From the NCBI GenBank assembly GCA_964016885.1, contig OZ024740.1:34658001-34722000 (forward strand): a DNA stretch of 64,000 bases, written 5' to 3'. The DNA comes from Eledone cirrhosa. Its lineage: Eukaryota. Made by a program: the position numbers and the translations under genes. The notes beneath the pieces were generated by a model. That model made no database searches. It was given only the letters and a program-made list of their open reading frames with translations, and was not told where the DNA came from. Position 1 is the stretch's first letter, and the number at the start of each line of letters is the position of its first letter. Shown here in pieces: positions 55,200 to 64,000 of this stretch.

Positions 55200-56148
55200 A
55201 TAACTAGGGAATGTAACGTCCAGGTGCTGTAGGGAGCCAATGCTCAGAATTATACTGAAGGAGAGGACAATAGACCAGGGGATGTCCAAGGAGGAAATAA
55301 CAGCAAGGAGGAAGAGCAACCTTCATGAAAAATCCCTTCATAGTACCTTCTTTGAGAAAACTGAATTTAGTGATCCACAGACTTGAACTGGTTAAAAAGA
55401 GGAGACCTTAAAAAGGCTACAGAAGGAATGCTAATGGCTGCTCAAGAGCAGGCCCTCAGAACGAAGTGGGTGAAACACCATAATTACAAAGAGGAGGCTA
55501 GCCCACTGTGTAGGATCTGTGGAGAGAGAGAGAGGCGACTGTGGCTCACATTGTATCCGAGTGTAAACACCTAGCCCAGACTCACTATAAAGGCTGGTGT
55601 GATGGGCAGGGTGATCCACTGGCACCTATGCAAAGTAAACAATTTACCACATTCTGAGAAGTGGTATGAGCATAAGCCAGAGTCAGTGATAGAAAACGAT
55701 CAGGTGAAGGTGCTATGGGATTTTAGGATACAGACAGACGAGAAACTGGAACACAATAGGCCTGACCTGGTGGTTTTGGACAAGGAAAAAAGATCATGCC
55801 TGATTGTAGATGTAGCCTGCCCATTTGACACGAGAGTGCAAGAAAAGGAGAGGGAGAAAATTAACCGATACCGGGTCTTAAAGTGGGAGGTAAAAAGGAT
55901 TTGGAACTGCCATGAAGTCAAAGTGATCCCGATTGTCATAGGCGCACTAGGGACTATCTCAAAGAGTTTCCAAGGATGGTTAACGAAAATTAGTCCAGCC
56001 CCGCTTTTTGGAACACTTCAAAAGGCATGATTGCTGGGAACAGCAAGAACCCTCCGATACGTTCTGAATATCTGAGGCTGCAGGTAGCGGCTTGATATCC
56101 ATTTCAACAAACTTTCCAGTTAAATAACATCAATGACTGAGACTCAAA

Positions 56149-56150
<2 letters not shown>
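55200..56150 (+). mobile_element. R4/Dong-clade 3' fragment ending in (TAA)n
   Basis: WLKRGDLKKATEGMLMAAQEQAL, CRICGE, LWDFRIQTD..HNRPDLVV..VDVACP, PIVIGALG. Confidence 0.88.
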
Positions 56151-56197
<47 letters not shown>

Positions 56198-56198
<1 letters not shown>

Positions 56199-59100
56199 TT
56201 TTCTTTATTAACCACAAGGGTTTACATAAAGTAGACATTAGGGACAGTACAGGACAATACAGGACGGTACAAATGGGCATTTCTGCGTGTAAAAAAAACA
56301 GAGGATGAAATAAAATAACAAAGAAAAATTCCCCAGTAGGGGGGAGACTTCCGAGGGACATTTGTGGAGAAAGCCCATTAAAAGACCACAGTGACCCTGA
56401 CCACCAGGGCAAGTGCCCTCTCCCAGTTTTCCACCTTTAATTTACAGACACATACTCAGAGAAGGCCCATTCATTCGGGCCATACTTGCTTCTCTCACCC
56501 ATCTTTCAACAAAATGCTGGGAAGAGAGCACTTCCCTCTCTACCCTGATTTTCCTTTTCAAATGAAATTTGAAAAAGTTAATCAGGGCATCACCGAAGAG
56601 GTAAGTGCTCGTCTTCAGCCCTTTCAAACGTGTCCACCATACTATCTCTTTCGCCATGGCCACCAGACAGATAAAAACTGCCTGCCCTTCCCGGCTAAAG
56701 GAAGAGGGCGGGGAAATCCTCACAATGGACTCAGCTGTTAGCTAGATCCGTCCTACACGCAACAGCAGGTGTTCGACATAAACCCACAAGTCAGAAATGC
56801 TCGGACACTGGACGAGTGCGTGCAGGACGGTTTCGTCGCCCTGTGCGCATCTCGGACATGCCCGGCTGACGGCACCTCCATGCCTGTAGAGTTTATCCCG
56901 AACTGGCAAAGCTCCCCGGTAGCACTACCAGGCCAGGGATTTCTGGAAGTTGTCCATAGGGCCCGGCCCGAAAGTCCTTCCGAAGAGATTGGCTAGTTGA
57001 TTTTCGTCGACGCCTAGAATTTATCCAAGTACGTCGTCGCTCTTCCCCTCCACTAATCCCTTATAGAACGCCAAGGTGGAGTTTCCACCGATCACATTCC
57101 AGTCTCCAAGCGCTCCCTCTCGGTCTTCGCTTGACCCAGGACTGCAGCTCCGTCAAGGAGACGAGCTGGGGAAAAACGTGTCTAGCAAACGGCGACCACA
57201 CCTGATCACCGTCGAGGAAGAGGTGGAGATGTCGTAGCCTGAGCGCGTGTCTGCACATCATCAGCCACGGCATTCCCAGCCCTCCACGTAGCGGGTGTTG
57301 ACAGCAGATGGACCGCCTGACCATCGGAGCGTGTCCCTTCCACAAAAAGCGAAAGAGCAAACGCTCCAGCGCAGTCAGGCGGGGCTTAGGATAAGGTACG
57401 ACGTTCAGGCGGTAGTAGATGACGGACACGATATACGCGTTAGCCACCTCCGCTCGACCTTTCAGGGATAGCTTCCTCTCGGCCCATTTCTGGGTGAGAG
57501 AAGCCACCCTGCTCGTCACCTCGTCCCAGTTTTTGTCCGTCTGGAGGTCTGGACCGAACCAGACCCCTAGCAATTTAACCGGTCCGTCCGGCCAGCGCCC
57601 GACGACGCTGCTGGACGGCATGGACCTGCCTCTCCAGGTGCCGAGCTGCAGGCCCACTGACTTTTCCTGGTTGATCATTGCTCCTGTCACCGCTTCGTAT
57701 TCTCTTAGTGTAGTGCCGATCGCCTCGATGTGTTTGGCGTTCAACACCACTACGGTGACATCGTCCGCATATGCTGACACGGATCTTCCGCATCCTAGTT
57801 CGCGCGGGACCCCCCTCAACGTCTCCATTTTGTGCAGTAATGGCTCGAGAGTCAATACGTACAATAGGGACGAGTAGGTACATCCTTGGCGGACCGAGCG
57901 CATGATGTTGAACGGTTCCGAAAGGTGACCGTTCACTCTCACTACAGAGCAGATGTCGCTGTGCATGGCAGCGATCCAGCCTCTGAAGACGGGCCCAAAG
58001 CCAGCCGCCCTCAGGACTGCCGCTAGGTAACGATGGTCGACCCTATCGAAGGCTTTCGACTGATCTAAATTGATCAAAGATCAACCCGTGCCAGGTTCCC
58101 TAGCTACCCTCTCTACGATGTATCGCATGAGGTGGAGGTTGTCGTGGATGGATCTGTCTGGAATGGCGCATGTCTGTGCCTCCCCCACCAGACCACCAAC
58201 GACAAGCGCCAAACTCTTTGCTAGCACCTTGGCCAAAATCTTGAACTCTGTGTTTAGCAGAGTTATGGGCCTAAAATTATCTGTTATCCCCCTTGTTCGG
58301 ATCCTTTCTCATCAGCGCCACCGCTCCTCGGCTCACAGAGCTGGGAATTCTCCCGTTCTGTTGCCAGTTGCAGTAGACGTCCGCCAAGAGGCCTCCGAAC
58401 AAGTCTGGCATTTGTACGTAAAGTTCATAGGGCAGACCATTCAAACCAGGCGATTTACCCCTTGTGCAGCCAGTCATTGCCTCCCGTACTTCAGCAGTTG
58501 TTATCGGCTTTTCGCAACACTCCGCCTCAGTGGCCGAAAGCCGCGGCAGTCCGTCGAGGTAGACACTAAAGTCCATCCCTCGAACCGGCCCGCCACTGCC
58601 CCCGAACAGTTGAGCGAAGTGTCGCTGAAAAGCTTCACACATTTGCCCGGGATCGAGTAGCATGCGCCCGTCGTGGTCCACCAAAGACCGGATCGTGGTT
58701 TTTTTGCACGACGCGCCTCCGCCACTCGGGCCCATTGAACGGCTTTCGTCCCCTCGTGTCTGAGAGCACGCACCCTAGCTCTGACAACGCAGCCTTCGTG
58801 CTTTGCATTGAAGAATTGGTCAAGGGCCAATTTCGCCGCAAGTACGTCGGTCGCGATGCCTTTGCTAAGCGCCTCGTCTAATTTTCTAACTAATTCTCCC
58901 TCTGCTCTATTTTTCTCTATTGCTAAAGCCTTACTAAACCTAATGGACTCTATTCTAATTGCTCTTTTCAAAGCCAACCACCACTTGTTGTTGACGATGG
59001 CCCCCGTCAACGCCCGCTTAACTAGTTCGCTAATCCGGTCTCTGTAGGCCTTGCGCGCTGGTAAGGACGCGTTTAGCTTCCAGTAGCCGGGTCCTCGTCT

Positions 59101-62027
59101 ATGAAGCCTATCTAAGTCAAGCACACAGATCACGAATTTGTAGTCCGTGTAGCTGACTTTCTTGAATTGTGGACAGCCTATGCTAGACCTATCTATTTCC
59201 CTACAAAATACTCTATCTAGATATGATCTGGATGACCCTATGCGATTTGTTTAAGTTCACATTGGTACATTCGGGAAATCCATTCGGTACCTGTCAGACA
59301 GTTCAAAACGCCTGAGCAGGTTGGTGAGACTCTTGCACCCTCCTTCCCTATCCACTAATCCCACACAATCCCAGCGTGCATCTAAGATCCCGTTCCAGTC
59401 ACCCACTAACACTAAGGAGCGGGACGTTCCAAGAAAGGTCTCCAGACGCCGGAAGAAATCAGGCCGCCCTGCTCCTGTCTGGGCATAGACGGCCACTAAC
59501 CTGAAAGCTTGCCCGTCTCCGCTGGTCACGTCCAGCACCACCAACTTACCTTCTGGGTCCAGGAAGATGGCCCGTATGGCAAGATCCAAACCTCTCCGAA
59601 AAAGCACAGCAACTCCTCCCCCCGATCCCGGACGGCTGGGAGATGCGTACACATCGTAGCCGCCGAAGATCGGTGCGAAGGCCCGTGCTTCGGAGATTCT
59701 GGTCTCGCTGATGGCCACTACATCTATGTTTAGTGACCTGAGGTCGTTGAGCAGGTGGCCCTGCTTCCATGACGACCCCAAGCCACGCGCATTTATGCTG
59801 CCTATTCTGAGTGAGGTCATGTTGAAATGGAGTGGAAAAGATGGGAAAGACCACATACCTTACTTCTCGTAGGGGAAGGACGGTTTTTCCATCCTTTTCA
59901 CTGCTTGTGGCCTCCTCAGGAATGATGTCCTTATAAATCCTCCTGGAGAGTGCTTGTCGGAAGTCTCCGATGTCTTTGGGGAATTTTTGTTTTAGTGCCG
60001 TGTACGTTTTCTGTGTGATGCGAGTGATTTGTATGTCTGGAGGTGGTGTGAATTTTGGGGTTGTTGTGTAGTCTTTTTCTGTGATGCTGGTGTTGTGTTG
60101 GATGTAGTGTAATAATTGCTTGTTTTTCAAATTTAATGCTGTGTAGTGTGTATCGTTTTGGTTGTTTTGTTTTGTTTGCGTTTGTTGTGGGTTTGTTTCT
60201 GTTTCGCATTTTGGTGACTTTTGTGGTGTAGGTGATGGTGGTGTTGGGGTTAATGATGGTGATGGTGATGGTGTTGGTGTTTGGGTTGGTGGGGTTGGTC
60301 ATGCTGGTGTGGATGGTGGCATATCTGTCCTAACTTTTTTGTTTGTTAATTTATTTGTTTCCCTCTGTATTTTGTTTTTGGAAGGGGAAGGAAGAGAATT
60401 TTCTTTTTTTTTTTTTTTTCCTGATACCGTTTCCCACTCCTCGTCGTCACAATCTGTCTCCAGTTGTGATAGGCCGGGGAGTGGAAAATCCTCCACAGGC
60501 GTTAGTTTTGGTTGTGGCGTGGTGGATGTTGTAGGCGCTGGTGCTAGTTCTGGCGCGTTGGGTGGTGGTGGTGTTGGTTTTGCTACTGTTGCTGGGGTTG
60601 TTGCTGTTATAGTTGCTTCTGTTGTTGCTGCTACAGTTGTTGCTGCCATCTCTGCTACTGGTGGTGTTGATGGTTGAGTCACTGGTGTGGGTAGGAGAGG
60701 TGGCCTCAAACTTTTAGCCTGAGGGCAGAAAGCGCTTAGGTCGGTTCCTTCACCACAAACGACACACCTAGGCCTTCTGCCCTCGACAATTACGGTGAGG
60801 TGGCTGCCGTCAGTGAGGTCTATTACCTCTGGGATCTCCTCAATGCTTTTTTGGTCCGCTTGGATCAGGAGCTACATCCCAGATCCGGACCAGTTCTCCT
60901 GCTTTTCTTTTGCTATTGCTATTATCTTGGTGTTGGCTTCGATGCCGGCGAGGACGGCCGCTATTAGCCAGGGAATTTCGATGGCCGGTGGAACGTGGGT
61001 CACCCTGATCTTTACGAGTCTCTGGCCACAATAGCTTGGGACGAGTGTGAAGTCGTCACTTCTTAATGGGGCCATGGAGTGTTCTCTAGCCTCCTCTGGT
61101 GTTTCAAAGAACACGTCCACGGTTCCATACATCTGCCCACGTCTGATGTGGGTTTTTCTTGCCCACACATGTCCCAAAGCTCTTTGGATTTGGGACTCGG
61201 ATGCCCGTTCCACTCGGCGCGATTTTACATTAATTGTTCGATACGACACGGTGCATAGGCGCCGATGCTCCATTTTATTAGGTGGGGGTGAGTGGGTGAG
61301 GCTGACCCTCTACCCATCTCTCTTTACCATTTTTTTGGCATTTTCTAATTCCTCCTGAGTTACCGTAAATGCTTCGCACTGTTTTGCTACTCTGGCAAAA
61401 ATCAGGGTAGTTTTTTTAATTTCATTGTTGCTGTTGTTGTTATCTTTATTTTTGTTATTATTAATTTTAGTTTCAGTTGTGGTGGTGGTGACGTCAGTGG
61501 TGTTCGGTGTGGAAGAGTCCATTTTGGTTGAAAACATTTCGACATCACGAGTTGATTTATTTTTTCCTTTTGTTTCTGTTGTCGCGGTGGTGGTGGGGGT
61601 GGTGGTTGTCGCGGTGGTGGTGGTAGTGGCGGCTTTAACACCTGCAGTCATTGGTAATGGCGGGAAATGAATGTCTGCCTGAGACAAATTTAAAATATTG
61701 CTAGTGCTTAAATTTTTTGTGTTGGCAAACGTAGTAATATTTACAATGGTGGTGTCGGTGTGAGGTGTTAGTTTGTGAGGAAGGCTCTCAGCTGCTTGGT
61801 GCAGAGGTGAATTACCCATTTGTTTTCAAAGAAATTTTTTGATAATCATAAAAATTTAAATTTTGGGCACAAGGCCCCAATCTTTTTGGGTGTCCTTTTC
61901 GGAAAACAATGTATGTGCGCTTATAAACAGTTAACAATAAAATTTTCCATAAATGGCAATTTTTAACAAACGGAAATAACAAACCTTTGCGGAGCTCACG
62001 CTGATACGATTTACTACGTAGGTCGCC
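56198..62027 (-). mobile_element. Tx1/L1-clade LINE, full length (about 5.8 kb), ORF1 + ORF2 broken by frameshifts and stops
   Basis: ORF1 with a VEGRRPRCVVCG..C knuckle. ORF2 has SINARGL, ISETR, VGDWN, RGPGYWKLN, KSPGLNG, LDQSKAFDRVDH, AYADD, GGLG. AATAAA precedes the tail; (TAA)n on both sides. Confidence 0.92.
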
Positions 62028-62049
62028 AATAATAATAATAATAATAATA

Positions 62050-62467
62050 TTGCTTTCTTTATTAACCACAAAGGTTTACATAAAGTAGACATTAAGGACA
62101 GTACAGGAAGGACAATACAGGACGGTAGAAATAGGCATTTCTGCGTGTAAAAAACAAAAACAGAGGATGTAACAAAAAAATAACAATGAAAAATTCCCCA
62201 ATAGGGGGGGGGGGGAGACTTCGGAGCGACGTTGCTCCATTTTATTAGGTGTGGGGGGGGGGGGGCTGACCCTGTACCCATCTTTCTTTACCATTCCTTT
62301 GGCTTCTTCTAATTCCTCCTGAGTTACCTGGATCGCTTCGCACGTTTTTGCTACTCTGGCAAAACTCAGGGTAGTTTTCTTAATTTCATTGTTGCTGTTG
62401 TTGTTATCGTTATTTTTGCTATTGTTAATTTTAGTTTCAGTTGTGGTGGTTGTGGTGGCGTCAGTGC
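62050..62467 (-). mobile_element. Internally deleted Tx1 copy (ORF1 piece fused to the 3' UTR)
   Basis: 62050-62230 matches 56197-56360; 62232-62467 matches 61264-61500. Confidence 0.85.
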
Positions 62468-62479
62468 TGAGTAGGTGAA

Positions 62480-64000
62480 CATGTTAAACAAACTAAACTT
62501 AGAAAATTGAAAAAAAAGTACAGTATAAAATCAACATGTGACATAGACATGCTGATAGAAATAATCAAGCAAAAAGTGTCGGCCAAAGCTGCTCGTATAA
62601 GGCGCTTTGAAAAACGATCTAGATTCTATAAGGACAATAATATGTTCAAAAACAACCAAAGAAACTTCTACAGAAAAATTGGTAAGTCAACAATAACTGC
62701 TAAATCAATACCACCCAAGGAGGAAGTGCAAGAATTCTGGGAAAAGATCTGGGCCGAAGAAAAAGTTCATAACATACATGCCCCATGGATAGACAGACAA
62801 ATGAAAGATACAGCTCACCTTGAGGAACAAACATGGGAAAATATAACAGTTGAACAGTTGCGCTTGGCTCTAAGAAAAATCAGCAAATGGAAATTCCCAG
62901 GAAAAGACAAAATACAAAACTTTTGGATAAATGCCTTCACAGAGTCTCATGAGCTGTTAGCCCAACTTTACAATGAAATAGTTAAGGAGCCAGAAAAGAT
63001 ACCTTCATGGCTAGTTAACGGCATTACATTCCTGCTTCCGAAGAATGATGAGACAAACAATCCCCAAAATTACAGACCGATAACTTGCTTGACCACAATG
63101 TATAAAATTTTAACATCAGTCCTAACTGAATACACATATGACCACCTGATAACAAATGACCTATTTCCCATTGAGCAGAAAGGGTGTAAACGAGGCTCAT
63201 ATGGCTGTAAGGATCAGCTTCTGGTTAACAAAATGATACTGGAAGATTGTCATAATAGACACAAAAATCTATTGATTGCTTGGATAGATTATAAAAAAGC
63301 ATTCAATAGTTTGCCACACAGTTGGATTGAAAAATGTTTAGAGATTTTCAAAATATCCCCCGTTGTCAGGAGGTTTTTGTCATTCAGTATGAAGACATGG
63401 AAAACAACACTCCTTTTGAATAGTGAAACAAAATCACTGGAAGCTGGAGAAGTTAATATTAATTGTGGAATTTTTCAGGGTGACTCTTTATCACCGCTTT
63501 TATTCTGCATCGCACTTATACCATTAAGTAAAATGCTCAATCAAACAAAACATGGATATAAAGTCTATGACAAAACCATTAATCACCTGTTCTACATGGA
63601 TGACCTGAAACTATTTGCAAAAAATGATGAACAATTGCAAGGGCTATTATCCGCTGTGAAGCAGTTCAGTGATGACATTAAAATGGAGTTTGGACTAGAT
63701 AAATGCGCCAAAGCAACGTTCACCAGAGGAAAGCTGCTGAAAAGTTCAGACATTAATCTTGATCGGAGGAACGTGATAAGAGAACTTGATCAAGAAAATC
63801 TTACAAATATCTAGGTGTTTGTGAAGGAGACGGAATCAAGCACTCGACAATGAGGGAAAGGATAAGGAAGGAATGTTACCGCAGAGTAAGGGCAATCTTA
63901 AGAACGGAATTGAATGCAAGGAATAGGATCGATGCCATAAACACGCTTGCCATGCCAGTAGTAACCTACAGTTACAATGTCATCAACTGGTCAAGTACAG
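62480..64000 (+). mobile_element. R4/Dong-clade RT region, 5'-truncated, continues past the window
   Basis: NYRPITCL, EQKGC, WIDYKKAF, GIFQGDSLSPLLF, HLFYMDDLKLFA. Confidence 0.92.

Noticed and set aside
53000-56000. Next ABCB1 exon (101 nt, IATEAI.N.RTV-like) on either strand
   Set aside because: Not found by eye; it presumably lies beyond the window.

Overview
AT-rich animal genomic DNA, probably cephalopod/octopus-like (inferred from the SINE/LINE tails and very dense microsatellites). The window is the middle of one + strand P-glycoprotein (ABCB1-like) gene. Seven GT-AG exons (3781-52998) splice in frame and encode the linker and TM7-TM10. The introns are packed with retroelements: a Penelope-like element with an intact RT+GIY-YIG ORF, an intact CR1-group LINE ORF, and RTE, R4/Dong, Tx1/L1 and CRE fragments. 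They also hold SINEs, a mariner relic, MITEs and mini/microsatellites. Four things stand out. (1) There are about ten type I hammerhead ribozyme motifs in small (TA)n-embedded fold-back elements, including a 322-bp tandem pair with a compensatory U3-A8 core that resembles a circRNA-producing retrozyme. (2) A candidate -1 frameshift site (U UUU UUA) joins an upstream ORF to the Penelope RT. (3) An intact 141-nt ABCB-type TM11 exon lies antisense and out of order inside an intron of the gene. (4) A 7.3-kb inverted-repeat cassette encloses two convergent LINEs. All structures were read by eye; no folding or database search was run, and repeat boundaries are approximate.
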